From assembly GCA_010015585.1 (NCBI GenBank), contig ML975171.1: a DNA stretch of 64,000 nt. One strand, given 5' to 3'. The translations under genes were made by a program, and so were the position numbers. A model generated the notes under the pieces. It was not told the origin of the DNA. It saw only the letters and a program-made list of their open reading frames with translations, and did not search any database. This DNA is from Eremomyces bilateralis CBS 781.70. Lineage: Eukaryota. Shown piece after piece: positions 10,576-24,885 of the stretch (position 1 is the first letter of the stretch; every line of letters begins with the position of its first letter).

Positions 10576-13500
10576 CGCATCGTCGGGTCCCATCATCGAT
10601 AGGCGGTCAATCAAGGGATCGGGGCTTCGGCAGGGACTGAATTGCGACTCGCTTACTCCTGCAGTAGGCGGATCGAAGCTGCAGGTACCGGTACGGAGGT
10701 ACTCAAAGCGTAGACATGCGTCGTGCGATGATTAAGTTGTCCAAAATGGTTTGTTGGAGCAATACCCAGCCGATATTAATATATGCTGTTGTCGCTGCAA
10801 CAGTAAGTAATATGGCAAATCGATCGAGAGAACGGAGAGGAATTGACTGGAACCGGATCGCAAAGAACAACAATCGCAGTGATCCCAGGCAGTCACTGGC
10901 TCGCTGGACTTTTTGTCTCGCCAGGCAGATGATCATGTAGGTGGGAATTCCCCTCCTCCCTTCCGTGGTGTGGCCTGGTGGGAGCTTGCTGCTGTGTAAG
11001 GACCCCAGGGCAGTGGTACCTCAGGATTGAAATCTCCGGATTGGAAACACGGCTTCGTGCATGAGATGAAGCTGGCGGGGAGGAAGTGAGGGTGAGACAA
11101 AGCATCTAGCAGGTGGTGAAAGAGGAGTGCAGAAGTGAAGATGAGATGAGATGAAGAGAAGAAGGGCAATTGAAGTGAGCTTCTTCTCCTTTCGTCGGCC
11201 CTTTCCTCGAATGATACAGTATATTAGCGGAGTTTGCAACCAATGTAAAAATAACAGCGATGTCAACCATCAAGCGACTATATTTGATAGGGAGTCGTGA
11301 TGTCCGCCTGGGGGGCTATCTAGGGCTACAGCAGAGGGAGTTCCCGGTATGTACCAGTTACCAGTACTGTATCATCATTCTGATTGGCTGGGGCTCCCTC
11401 CATGTGCCTGAACTTCACCGGTCTTGGCAATTGCCCGTGCCTTCCTTGTCAGACCGTGGAGCCCCTTGGCCCCTGCCCCCGGCTGCCCTCCCCCGCGCTA
11501 CCCGGCTGCCCCTGCCTTGTCTCATGTCTGGCGTCAAGCACTGAAGCGTGGAGGACAATTAATTGTTGGAGAACGGCTGAACAGCCCAGGATGAAATCCT
11601 TCAGGGCACCGGCTGTGCCGCTGCACCGTTTCTGTTCTGTTCTGTTCTGTACACCGTTCTGGAATCTCTCTCGTGTTCAGGCAGCCAGAGTTCATTTCGA
11701 AACTCTTCGATGGACGAACGGGAGAACACAGGGACTGCCACGGTAGCACGAAGGTATCACTGTAAACTGATTCATCCCCACCAGAGCGGCTCAGTCTTTT
11801 CTTCCAGACAGACTCCAGTCTTTCTCTCGCTCTGACCTCTCTCTCGGCTGCTCGGGTGCCTTGAATGCATGCAATGTCCAGGATGCCTTCAAAGATTCCT
11901 CCAGGATTCCAGGCGCGTATCGAAAAGGAATATGCAGATCACTCTCCGGTTTGGATGCGTGGCTGCCATAAATCATCACTAGTACGCCAGATAGGAAACA
12001 AGTGCCCAGTAGAAGGCCGTGGAACATCTTACAGCCAAAAGCAACACCGTGTTAGTGATCGCTGGTCACTATGATGATCATTGATCACAGTCTATTCACA
12101 GATCAAGGGGGAATAATGTGATGGGCGCTAGACTCTGCGTCGGGTCGATGCCAATGAGAGCCCCAGATGCAGGAGGATGATACGGATTGGTCATTGGATG
12201 ACTTGCAGGACCAGTGGACGCCGTATTACGACTGTACGAGCTCATAGTTGATGAGTGATGAGGCGATGGCAGTTGTGAGTCGGCACTTGCCAGTTGCCAC
12301 CTTTGAATTCTGATGCTACAGGGGAATGGTGAGCGATGCAATCAGTCAATGCCAGCCTCTGCATTCCGCAATCTGTATCTTCCCTTCTGTTGGTAAAAGT
12401 CTTTTTGTTGCATCCTCTCCCGTCCCTAGTTCCTACCATTAATCCCGTGTTCCTGACCCATCACACATCCCCAATTTCCAACTTCCAACGCCGATTACCA
12501 AACAGAACAAATGATGGGCTGAAGCCTTAGCACGAACGCTGGTCCGACGGGAAAGAGCCACGGGACTGGAGCCACTGGAGCCACGCAGAACACGCGAAGC
12601 AAGGGAGTTCCCGGCCAGCCACGCGTGGGAGAACGCCAATAACGCTGACGACGTTCAAACTTCAAATTGTCCAACGGTTCCAACGTCCAAGAATCCAAGA
12701 TCACACAGACTGATTCGATAAACTAACATGCCATGAGCCAGTGACTCAGTAGGCAAAGACACCCAACAAACGTCCACATTTCCGCTAGCCTCAGCGTTCT
12801 GGGTATGCAGGCTGCCGTCCAAGTCTGCATCACAGCACCACCATCCTTACGCCGGACATGCCCTGTTGTTCGTGCCATATTCCTGCCATCCGTCCATACT
12901 TCATTCGCCTCCGCGTCCTGTTGCTGGCCTAAAGCTGCTCAAATGTACAACCTACTCCTTCCAGGAGCCAGCTTCCGAGTGGGAACATCTACAAGTCGAC
13001 ATGTCTCGTGGTCGCGTTTAAAACAGTTGTGCCACTCACGGTTTGGCTTGGGATATCGAGCTGGATTTTGGACACAGATCCTCAATGCGCCGCTTGACGT
13101 GGTCGTCGGATTTGGTCTGCACGCTTTAGAGTAGACCTGAATCGTTCGTATCTTAGTTTCTTCGGTAATTATCTACCTACTATCGCAGTTTGCTCCTTTG
13201 CTGGCAATAATGTCGTGTCGTGCCCATGGTAATGAGACTAGTGACGGTTAGATAGTCGATCTTCTCCGTTCCTGTAGCGTCTTCAACCTTTAAGACCTAC
13301 TATGTAATAGCTAATAGTCCCTAGCTACCAGCTAGTGATGACTGTATACTCCGTATAAAGAGGAGCCCTTGAAATTTTCAACAAGACCCAACATCACGAC
13401 AGCAAGGGCATTTCAACGTTCAGTTAAAACCCCAATCGGCATTACTCGCATCGAATTCTCGCCGCTGATAGACTGACATTATCTAGGTACCCAAGAAACT

Positions 13501-14496
13501 CTCCGAATCACAAACTTGCGCTGGGCAACGCAGTCGACGCTATTCGCATCGGGCTCATGGGTGACCGAAAGCGGTTGGGTTCAGATGGCAGTTGAACCGC
13601 CTGAACGCCATCAACGGGGGTAAATCACTAGTCCCAACAGCCGTTCAAGCCGCAAACCTCGATTTTCTGTCTTAGCTGTTCACGGCTCCACTGCCGGATT
13701 CTTAGGCACGAGAATTGACTATTGAGAATTGAGATGCGATCGTGCGAGTTTAGAGGGGCAACACGCTAATATCGCAGAAGAATAGGGGCCAGGTAGCAGT
13801 TTCCCCTATCCGAGAGACTACGTATCGCTTATTATTCAGATACTCCCAACTGCTCCAGGCTAGGCTTCGTGTCATTGATCCACTCCTCTTCTGGATCTGG
13901 TAACTGATCGCCTGATCGGCCTCCTTTGACCGTGTTACCGGGGCGAAGACATACCGAATACCAGAGGACTGGGCAAGAAACTAGAATCACTGACTCGGGC
14001 GGCGAGGTTCGCGTTACTGTCTTATTTCGTTGGACGGCCGTTGGAATGGAGAGTGGGAGCTTGGGGATAAGTGATATGAAGCAAGGGACTCCGGCTAGAA
14101 AATTTGAATACGAAAGGTTCAGAATCGTGTGGTGAGCGGTACTCTTATTCAAGGAATAGTTTGGTGGACGAGTGATATTGGTCATGTCTATCGCGATTCG
14201 CACCCCGATGCCCCTTCGATTGCACAGCAATCGTTCAAGGAGAGTAGGAGACCACTGTTTATCCAATGCTCAAGATCATGACCCAATCTCTCAAACCTTT
14301 AATGGCAAACGTGACCCTAATGCGATAAGATAGAACAGTCTATAAACCCCACCGATCCAGCCAAGAGCGCCGACAAATGGTCCCGTCAAAAGAACAACGA
14401 ACATGCTATTTGTTTACACTCGTCCAAGTTTACTACATGGAAGCAGAAAAAAATCGTAGCCCCCTTATAGGCAAATGTATCAACACGATTTCGCCC

Positions 14497-17400
14497 TCAC
14501 ACCTCCTCATCGCTATCCTCCCCCAGCAACTCCCCCTCATCATCAATCGGATCCACCACACCATAGTCACCCCTCCCCCTCGAAAACGAGCTCCGTGACG
14601 TATACGTCCGCCCCCCATAGCCCCTTCCAAACATATGCATCACGCTCCGATACAGTGACCCTACTACCAACGGCACCGCTGCCACCACCGCCACGATTCC
14701 CGACAGCGCCGCGATCGGCCACGCGATCCACGGCTTGTCGCTATCCCACACCGCGCTCCCGCTCCCATCGCCCAACCGAATCCGACCCAACTGGCTGAAA
14801 TCCCATGTGCGCCACACATAGTACCCGATCCCCCCCGCCGCCAGGAACGGGACGACGATGGCGAAGAACAGCCCGATGCCGCCGAGTCGCGTGCGGCGGG
14901 AATACTCTTCCTCGTGGCCGGGGCACGGGTGCGATTCGCCCGTGAGGTCGAGCTCCTTGCCGCCCTGGCACGTCGACAGTGGGATGCGACGGTAGCCGGT
15001 GACGTCCCAGTACTGGAATGCAGCGGGGTCGTCGCGGCAGATTTGCATGGGGTCGAGTTTCTGGAGGCCCGGGGCGAGCTTGCAGGTGCCGTCCTTTTGG
15101 CGCTCGTAGTTGTAAGCGCATTCGAAGTCGCGGCGCGTGCAGGTGCAGTTTTGCTGGATGGTGTGCAGGGTTGGGATTTCTGGGCCGTTGTAGCAGCTGC
15201 TTTCGGGCTTCTTGCGGACGTATTGGGCGATGTGGCCGAAGAGGCAGTCGTTGTCTTGGAGGGGGTGCTTGGGGGTCCACAGGTAGTAGTCGCTGTCGGG
15301 AGCGTCGATGTTCTCCCGATCCAGGTTGCATTCCCTGTCTGTCAAACCTGTGAAGTCGATGTTGATAGTCGCCTGGCCATTAATCAGCAAAGTATCACTT
15401 GGATATCTAGGGAACGTACGAGCTTGCCGTTCGCTGCCGTAGCCCATAGCAGGAACTGTCTGGAGTTGTCGCTCGGGACGGTGGTGATGTCCATGACGTT
15501 CATCGGGGACTTGTAAAACTCGTACATGGTCCAGTCCTTGCCCTCGTTAAGAGAGTAGTAAATAACGTTGGTAGGACTGTCTTCAGGAACGATCACAATG
15601 ATTGAGCCTAACTCAAGTTAGCCAGGGTCTTGTTTGGTGGGCTGAACCATCGTACCTTGATCGCCAAATTCCCACATGTGAGGTCCTTTCTTTGCCTCAT
15701 TCCAGCCCAGACCACCATCCGTAGAGATATAGGTGCTGCTGTCAGACTTGTCTCCCAGAGCGTCGCCAATATTTCCAACGCCGAGGAGCAAGCCGATTCC
15801 AGACGCTGACGAGAACGTGTCTCGAGGGTCCTTCCGTTCAGTGTAGCCATGGAGGTGGAGTTTCTGGCCATCCGGTCCAGATAATGGGCCCCAGTCTGCC
15901 CCATCGTTATGCGTGATTAAAGTCGACTTCTTCTTTCGGGCGCCCTGGAGTACTTCTTGCACATTGTCGACGACGTTGACGATTGCGACACCTTCGAGAG
16001 AGGTCTTTTCGAAGTCAACGTAGCCTTCTCGGTTGCGGTTGACTTCATTCAAGCTCAGGACATAGGCAGTGCCATTGCTGTTGCTCTTGACAATAGTGCC
16101 GTATTCCTGCTCCGGGTTATTGTTCACCGTTACGTGCATGAACACTGCGTGCGTGGAGCTGTCCAAGACGGTATATGCCTGCTGATGCTCGACGTGGAAG
16201 TTCGGTGGAAAATGTGCTTGAGCGAAGACATGTCCGTCGATGGATGCGTCCACTTTGAGCGACTTGTGGTCTTCGTCTCTGGCCGCCACCACGATGAACT
16301 CGGAGTCCGACATGGTTGCGAAGGCAATAACATCGTCCAGCAGGACCTGTTTGTGTTGGAACCAATCCTCGCTGGAGATCAGTTGCAACGGTTGGCTTGG
16401 GTCCTCATTCAGGTGTTGCTCGCAGTACACCAGCTGGTCATGCTCGCGCCATTTCTCCATGTACATGAACTGGCATTTTTGGACATACGGCATCAAAAGT
16501 TCCCACTCACGGCCGCCTTTGGTGGATACGTGAGCAACCGAGTGGCAGTCTTTGTTGGAACTCCCACGGCATCCCTCTCCGCCGATCCACAAAATCCAAT
16601 CCCGCTCGTGCTTGTGGAATCCAAGGATTTGCAGTCGCTCATGGTTCGGAGCCTCGGGAGCCTCGAAGGTCGATATACTGCCCTCCTTCGCGCGGGAGTA
16701 ACTGTAGTAAACTTTCTTCGATGGCGTGATGAAATAGACGGTGTCCGAATTGTATTGATGCGGGTAGATGGCCACAACTTCGTCGTCGATGGGCGTATCC
16801 CAAGTCTTTCCATGATCATGGCTGACATATACAACTCTCTCGTTTGTGGACATAACGATAGTTTCGTCTCCCGACACTTTCTTATCTTTGCGCTCCAGGT
16901 AATAGTGCTCCCGGAAGTTCTTGCCTCGGAACTCCGTATAGGTGGCAGTAATCTTGCCGGATGGAGCGGGTTTGAGGGTCTCTTTGCAAGGACGTTCAAC
17001 CTTCTTATCCTTTCCCTCCCCTTTCTGGTTGCAATCATTCCCAGGAATCAATCGCCACCCGGAGCTTCCCGTGAATGTATCATCCTCATTCTTGCATTCT
17101 CCGGGAGCAGGCTCGAGTGCCTGGATAGGTTTGCACTCGTCGCCTTCTCGGTCGAATCCGAAATCGCATTCGTAGTCGGCATCCGTGCATTCGCAAGGCT
17201 CATTTTGGGGCAGTGGATCCTTGAACTCTTCATCGACGAAGCAATCGGCGTCTGCCTTCCTGCGACGGAACCATTGTTTGTGGCCCATTACGCAAGTGGG
17301 TTCCCCTTCTTCATCAACGCGAGCAAACCAGTCCTCGAAGTCCTTGTCTTTGCATTTGCGCTCGTGGAGATCCGTGAAGTCGATGCAAAAGACATGATGT

Positions 17401-19009
17401 TCCATGTTGGAACCGCCTCCGATGGTGGCAACCAGGGTGAATTTCAAACTCGTGGAATCCGGAATCGTGGTCAAATCCCGAGCCCTGACCTTCTTACCAA
17501 GGCTGACGGTCTTCCAATCCTTTCCATGGTTCAGCGAATACTTGATCTCGTCCGTCGGACCCTCGTCATAGACAGCAACGAGCACTGCCCCTGCATCGCC
17601 CATTTCGTACATGTGAGCTTCCTCGAGAGCGTGCCTCCAGGTGAGACCTGCGTCGTCGGATACCCAAACATCCCCTTCCTGATATTCGCGGAGGAAATCG
17701 CCGGTGTTGCCGACTCCGAGAACGATTCCAGGCGCCGGACTGGAGAAGACCCTCCCCGAATTTCTCTGGTCAGTGACCGAGTGGAGGTGTAGCTTCTTGT
17801 CTCCAGCTCTTAAATCATGGAACGTCCTCCCATCGTCGAAGCTGATCTTCGACACGATCTTCTTATCCGCCAGCCAGGATTCCTCGACCTCCTTCCAGTT
17901 GTCCACAACGTTCACAAGCACGATGCCTTGTATGCCACCGCCCATCTTTTCGAAATCGACGTACCCTAGCTCGTCACGGTTGGTGTGAACGATGTTGCGC
18001 GTGAAGTGTCGTCCTTCGGAATTGGAAGTAAAGAGCGAGCCCATTTCGCTACCCCTATCGCTCATGACGTCCACCTGAACGCTATAATTGGTCGATTCGA
18101 GGACGGTGTATGCGTCTTCTTCGATGCGATGGTCGCCGAATTGTGCTCGATGCCAGACTTTCGCGTTCGGGGACACGTAAAGCGCCAGCTCCTTCGTTCC
18201 TCCGCTCTTCGCGGCTGCGACCAAGAACCCTTTGACGGGCGCCAGGTTCGCCATCCCAGCGACCGGACGCCCTTCCTCGGAGATGCTCACCTCCTTGGCG
18301 CTTTCAAAGTAGTCCTCCGATGATAGAAGCCGGAGGTCCTCCGATCGGTCGGAGTATTTCCCCTTCACGATGCAGTAGACGAGCTTCTTATCCAGCTCTT
18401 CATCGCCGGATGTGAACAGGGGCGTCGACTTCGCCCATACGCATGTTTTCCGGTCGCCAGTCAGAGGCTCCATGTCCGTCTTGAATCCATCGAGGGTATA
18501 AAACGTCTAGGGCAACGTCGTTAGCAAATGCGCCAGTTGCGGAAGCGTGATACCCATACTTCGCCCAAACAATGCGGGCATGGCTCGGCCGCGTGGAACA
18601 GTATCCGATTGCTATCGCTACCATGAAACGAGAGTGGATTGGCCAGACTGGGTGATTTGGACGACGTGAACTGCTTCCACGTCTCACCCCGATCTCTCGT
18701 TATCCAATGCTTTTTCCGCTTTCCCAATGCAACGGCGAGGGTCTTATCATACGGATGTCCAAGGACAGCAAAGGGTTCTCCCGTCGGGATATCGTCCACG
18801 ACCTCCCACTTCTCGCCGGCATCCTTCGTCCGGTGGATGACGCCACGTCTGCGCTCGATGGTCAGGATGGTCTCGGAATCGTCGAAGTAGAACAAGTCGG
18901 CAGGCCGCTCGTCGAACTTCTGGTCGGTAATGCCAGGCTCCTTGGAATCGGACAGCACTCCAGTGGCCAGCAGGAGGGCTGCCAGTGGGAGGAATCGCGG
19001 TATTCGCAT
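14497..19009 (-). CDS. VPS10: Vacuolar protein sorting receptor Vps10/Pep1 (sortilin family), 4 exons
   Basis: Signal peptide, two Vps10 domains with BNR/Asp-box repeats (SFDDGRTF, SDDAGLTW, STDGGLGW), Cys-rich 10CC modules, a TM helix and an acidic tail. Introns are 18507-18559, 15608-15655 and 15373-15419. Confidence 0.95.
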
Positions 19010-19524
19010 GGTGTGGTGAAGTTGCCAGATGGCATTGAGACGACGAGCTTCAGCCTTGGAAATAAAAGCACATGCATGGGAGCATCGAGGAATACGCGGC
19101 GATTCGCGGTCATGGAGACACAGTAGTGAGCCGCAGCACCCCTGCTCTGGTGCTGACCGGACGGCGGACTGGACACGAAGCTACTTCGTATTTAGCACGT
19201 GCTACGTCAGTCATGATCACCATTACGGAGTATGAAGTTATCAATAATTTGTTCAAGCAATCGACATCAGAGTTGCCATCTACAGCTTTAAGATTAGGAT
19301 CGGTAATTATTACAATTCCTACTGTCCATAAACAATGGACATTGTTGGAATTCAGCTCTGTGTCCTTTCCAGTAGACACTCGGAGATGACCCCTAACTTG
19401 CGGCCCCAGAAAACTCCATACTACTAAGCAGGTGAAATCGATCCCATCTCGTCCTCCAGAGTTGAGAAATGTTCTTCTGCTTGTCCCATTTTATTCTCTG
19501 TACAAGGCACCAGCTTCAAGATGG

Positions 19525-20894
19525 TTAAGATGTCGGCGACCTTCCGTTTCGATAGAGCCACAGCCGACTGAAATCCTTCACTCTATGAGTGTGTAGTGTC
19601 GCCGTATGCGTTGGACTGAGAGGACTATTGACGTCCGCAACGACAGGTTCTTCTACTTCATCTCCTCCTCTAGATTGCAATTCGGTCGTAAAGTGTTCTC
19701 TTTCCTCTGCTTCACCGGCGTGCTCTACAACCATATCCATGAACGGGTTTGATTCCAACACGCGATCGTTCTCGTCGAGCGGGAAGCACTCCGCGAGGTA
19801 ATGCTGGTTGAGCAAATGGCCGCTATTCGAGCTGCGAAATAGCCGGCCCATGAAGCGGTTTTTGTTCCAGAAGAAGTGCAGCACCCCGAAGTTCGCCACG
19901 AACTCGCCCTCGTTGGCGTAGTGCTCCACATGGCGAATGGCTTTGATGGCCTTCCGTCCGTTCGGACCCCCCTCGCTCCCTTCGCCTCGGAGTGGGTTAT
20001 TGAAGTGGTTCGCCGCGTTCCCGAAAGTGTATACCTCGAGTCGGTTCAAGCAGTCATGGGGAAGCTCGTCCAGGAGCCAGTCGATGATGAGACCACCCAT
20101 AATCCCCCCCTGGCTATGCAGAATGAAGATGATCTTTTCATAGCTCCGGTCTAGCAAGGCCTCTTTGATACGGCTGTGCGCGTTGCGCACGTCTGCGGTG
20201 GCGTAGCAAAAGTTCCGTTGGATCTGGTCAAGTGAGCACGTCGGAACTGAACATTGACTGACAGGGACTTACTAGGCATTCAATCATGTCGAACACGATG
20301 CCTGCCGTCGGGTTATGTACTCCCACAACTGGGCGGCGGAAGGTCATGGATAAACGGTTGATGTTGGCCTGAATCCAATCGCGTCTGGTAGGCGAGGCGT
20401 TAGCTCTTTTCGGCCAGCTGCATATCATAACAGTGTGCATACCCGACCGAGACGCCGTTGAGGTATATCCAATACTCTTTCTGATGGGCGGCCTTCTCCT
20501 GGATTGTCTTCGACGATTGCAGGGTGCGCTCCGTCCCATTCAACAGTCTGCATATCGCGGTGTTCAGGGCCACAAACCCAAGAATATATGTGATCACCCA
20601 AACCGCAGGGAACAGAGTGAACACTAGAACCGGAACGGAAACAAGGAAGCTCGTTTGGAGGACGATGAGGATTCCATGGATCACAATACATTTTATGTTC
20701 ACCAGTGAGAGGTGCAACTCGTCCGATTCATGGCTTGTGAAAGGGTTCCATGGGCGAATAATCCCCGGGATGGTATTAATATGGTGAAAACACAGTAGAA
20801 GGTCCTTCCATAGCAGCTTGAAGGGGTTTCCTGTGAAGGGCAGGTCTGCCTCGCCGGGTCGGCCTGTTTGAGACGGTGTAAAGGAGATGGGCAT
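19525..20894 (-). CDS. Conserved fungal membrane-associated alpha/beta-hydrolase-like protein (multi-exon)
   Basis: MPISFTPSQTG start, two hydrophobic helices, then WIYLNGV, VVGVHNPTAGIVFDMIECL, ILHSQGG (nucleophile-elbow-like), EVYTFGNAANHFNNP and HVEHYAN. Two introns lie between about 20226 and 20442. Confidence 0.75.
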
Positions 20895-22300
20895 GTTCGG
20901 AGGACGCAGCGAATTTTGGTCTTGGAAACCGGTCAGGAGGACATACGGTCTTGAGCACGTGGAACGATTCCGGTCTTTATGGTAGTCGGGGAACCGGCTC
21001 TCAAATATATCAACTCGTGCTCTCCTACTACGGATGTCACCATCCGTTAAAGGAAATTGCACCTTGAGGACAAGGATTGATATATCTGAAGCTTCTCAGC
21101 CCGTTCGTTGGGAACTGGGAATCCATGGAGAAGCTGATACTTGATACCTGCAGTGATATCACCCTCCTTCGAGAATTCATAGACATATTGTCTAGTTGGA
21201 GAGTCCAGCTGACCACTTCTTACAGCGTCAGCAGCCACCAACAGGGAGTAGACCGTAGGATACATCCTACCAGATTATGCGGATGCTGCTGCAATATAAG
21301 TTCAACATGATTGTTAAATATTATATTCCTTTCCATCAACGATGAGATGGAGTCGCGTGAGGCGCGATATGTGACGTCACACATGTAATTATAGAATCTC
21401 ATATGTTGCTACCCTATTTCAGTTTCACCTACCTCAGATATCTTCCCATCGAATCGCCATCTCCAAGGAAGTCCTCCATGGCGAATACCCTTGGTCCGAA
21501 TAGGCCATAAGAAATGGGAGGGAGGTAACCGGCTTGGGTAGGGTGGCATCCACCGCACGAAAGCTTTGAGATAACAACTCCTGAATATCTTTCCGTGGGA
21601 AGTCGCCAGGGGAATTAAGACTTTAAGAGACAATGATACTTGATAGTGATCGAATTGGGTGTAAACATTGTAGTACCACCGTGAGAAGGACCCCTTGGAC
21701 GGTATGTGGTGGCGGAAAGGCACACAGAATGGGAGCGTGACGTTGGTATACCATAGAACGTGCAAGTTGGAGAGATGAGAGCAAAAGCAGGCGGCCCTAA
21801 GTGTATTTTATTAATTTTTTTTATTGCATCGTACTAACTAGTCTGTTGTCATCGGAAACCAGACGTACAATATCATGTGGATCATGCAACTGATCTGATG
21901 CAAGCCGGTTTTAGACATTTTGAGTGGAGAGGAAGAATCTCGGCGTTGACGCACCGCAGCCGAGCAACAGAACGCAGGAGCGACCAGTCGACAACATCTC
22001 AAACGCTGTGACCTTGTGCCTTTAAACTACAGATATCCTCACCCAACATATTCCCCACCGCGTGCGCAACCCATCTGATGCTTTCGACGCGCTCCTCCAT
22101 TCTCCCACTCGCCTTCAATCCACTCCTTTTGGCCTTGACTGCCATTGTATATTGATCATCTACATTTCCTCCCGGTCGCGACGTGCCACTGTGGAAATCT
22201 GTAGTCGGGAGTCCTTGTTTACCCGACTTCAATAATACATCTCCTTTACCCTCAAATTTTCCACCATCTCTCTTTCGCTCATCAGAACGGAGTCGAAATC

Positions 22301-24885
22301 ATGGCGTCTCTCGGGGAGGATCTCCTGAACATCGTCAATAAGCTGCAAGACCTGGTCTTCAACACGATCGGGAATGATTCTCTGGATTTGCCTCAGATAG
22401 TACGTCACTTCTCCCCCGTCGATCTCCCCACTGAATAGCATCCTAATATTCCTTTCTCAAGGTCGTGGTCGGATCGCAATCATCGGGAAAATCCTCGGTG
22501 CTCGAGAATATCGTTGGCAGGGACTTCCTTCCTCGAGGAAGCGGCATCGTCACACGAAGACCTTTGATCCTCCAACTCATCAACGTCCCAAGCGATCGAG
22601 AAGACAAGCCCGGAAATGACGAAGTGCATATTCCTCATACTCCAGCGAGCGTGGCCGGGCAGAATGAATGGGCGGAGTTCCTTCATGAGCCGGGCCGTCG
22701 GTTCCAGGATTTCCAGGAAGTGAAGCAGGAGATCGAGCGCGAGACCGCAAGGATCGCGGGCAGCAATAAAGGGATCAGCAGACAGCCCATCAATCTCAAG
22801 ATCTACTCTCCCTCTGTATTAAGTTTGACATTGGTTGACCTACCGGGTCTCACGAAGGTACGAGCGGTTTCTTTTTCGAGCTCGAAATCCAGTTGACACG
22901 TTTAGGTCCCTATCGGAGACCAGCCAGGCGACATCGAAAAGCAGACCCGAAATCTCATCTCCGAATATATCGCAAAGCCCAACAGCATCATTCTAGCGGT
23001 CTCTCCCGCCAATGTCGATATCGTCAATTCCGAAGCATTGAAGCTGGCACGACATGTGGATCCTATGGGCAAGCGCACGATCGGTGTGCTCACGAAGCTG
23101 GACCTCATGGACCACGGCACCAACGCTCTGGACATCCTCTCCGGCCGTGTCTACCCTCTCAAACTCGGTTTTATAGGGGCGGTGAACCGGTCACAGCAGG
23201 ACATCCAAGGCAACAAACCCATGTCTGACGCGTTGGATGCAGAGAGGCATTTCTTCAGGTCACATCCGGCGTATCGAAACATGGCGAACCGATGCGGCAC
23301 ACAATACCTAGCGAAGACGTTGAACGGTACGCTCATGTCGCACATTCGAGACCGTCTTCCGGACATCAAGGCGCGTTTGAACACATTGATGGGTCAAACG
23401 CAACAGGAGCTTGCAAGCTATGGAGATGCAGCTTTCACCGGCAAGGAGCACCGTGGATCACTCATTCTGCAGCTCATGACGAGATTCGCAACATCGTTCA
23501 TCTCATCGATTGACGGTACATCGTCCGAAATCTCCACCAAAGAACTCTGCGGCGGTGCGAGGATATATTATATCTTCAACTCTGTTTTCGGAAACTCCCT
23601 AGAAACAATCGACCCAACAACCAACCTTTCCGTCCTCGACATCCGGACCGCCATCCGCAACTCAACCGGTCCACGGCCCAGTTTGTTCGTCCCCGAAGGG
23701 GCGTTCGACCTCCTCGTCAAACCACAAATCAAGCTCCTCGAGATCCCCGGGCAACGATGCGTCGAGCTGGTATATGAGGAGCTGATCAAGATCTGCCATA
23801 CCTGCGGCTCCAACGAGCTTAGCCGCTATCCTCGCCTCCAAGGCAAACTCATCGAAGTAGTGTCCGACCTCCTCCGCGAACGGCTCGGCCCGTGCTCCCA
23901 CTACGTCGAGTCGCTCATCTCCATCCAACGCGCCTACATCAACACGAACCACCCCAACTTCCTAGGCGCCGCCGCCGCAATGTCGTCCGTCATCAACGAC
24001 AAGCAGGAGCGCGAGCGAAAGATCGCCCTCGCCGAGGAGCGACGGAAACGAGAGCGCAGGCGCATGAAGGAGCTGAACGGCGTCAACGGGGTCGAAACCC
24101 CTGAAGAGGAGGAGGAACTGGGCGCGCAACACGTCGAACTCCCCATGCGGGGCCATGCGAGCAAGATGAGTCGGAGCCTGTCTCCGAACGGCGCCCGTGG
24201 AACAACACATAGTCTGGCCGCAACACTACAACAGGGGCGATCCGCATCTCCGGCTGCACGTCCCGGACAGGCACTGGGAGGACAGGTACCGGGAGGTGCA
24301 AGGGACAGCTTCCTCAACTATTTCTTCGGGAAGGAAGGGAACGGCAACACGATCCCTCCGACACATGTGGCGCTAGACCGACCCGTAAGCAGGCAGGTCT
24401 CGTCACACGCGGAGCCCAGTTTCGCAGGCAGTATCCGACGGGGAGACACCCGAATGCCGGAGAGCGTGCTGGAAGACATAGAACCTAACCTTCAAGGGGA
24501 GGACCCGCTTTTCGTAAGTTCCGTCACCCCTCCCATCCAATCCAAACCCACTAACAACCACCCCCCTTCCCAGCCCTACGACGACACCCCCGCGCTCAGC
24601 GAGCGCGAAGCCCTCGAAACCGAACTCATCCGCCGGCTCATCTCCTCATATTTCAATATCGTGCGCGAGATGATCGCCGACCAGGTCCCCAAGGCCGTGA
24701 TGCACCTGCTGGTCAACCACTCCAAGGATGTGGTGCAGAACCGGCTGGTCAGCTCGCTGTACAAGGAGGATCTGTTCGAGGAGCTGCTGTACGAGGACGA
24801 CAACATCAAGTCGGAGCGGGAGAAGTGCGAGAAGCTGTTGAATACGTATAAGGAGGCGGCGAAGATTATTGGGGAGGTGCTGTAA
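22301..24885 (+). CDS. DNM1: Dynamin-related GTPase Dnm1/Drp1 (mitochondrial and peroxisomal fission)
   Basis: [22 protein letters not shown] start, P-loop [19 protein letters not shown], middle domain, insert B with FLNYFFG, and GED. Introns are 22400-22461, 22858-22906 and probably 24514-24573. Confidence 0.95.

Noticed and set aside
13140..13480. TpA-rich patch as a RIP-mutated repeat, and GTGATGA...CTGA as a C/D snoRNA
   Set aside because: The patch is too short and shows no transposon remnant, and I recognised no rRNA-complementary guide.
13832..14266. 144-aa minus-strand ORF
   Set aside because: It has a non-ATG start, no motifs and no coding-like bias.
15957..17792. 611-aa ORF on the + strand
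   Set aside because: It is the antisense shadow of VPS10 caused by codon bias and has no recognisable motifs.
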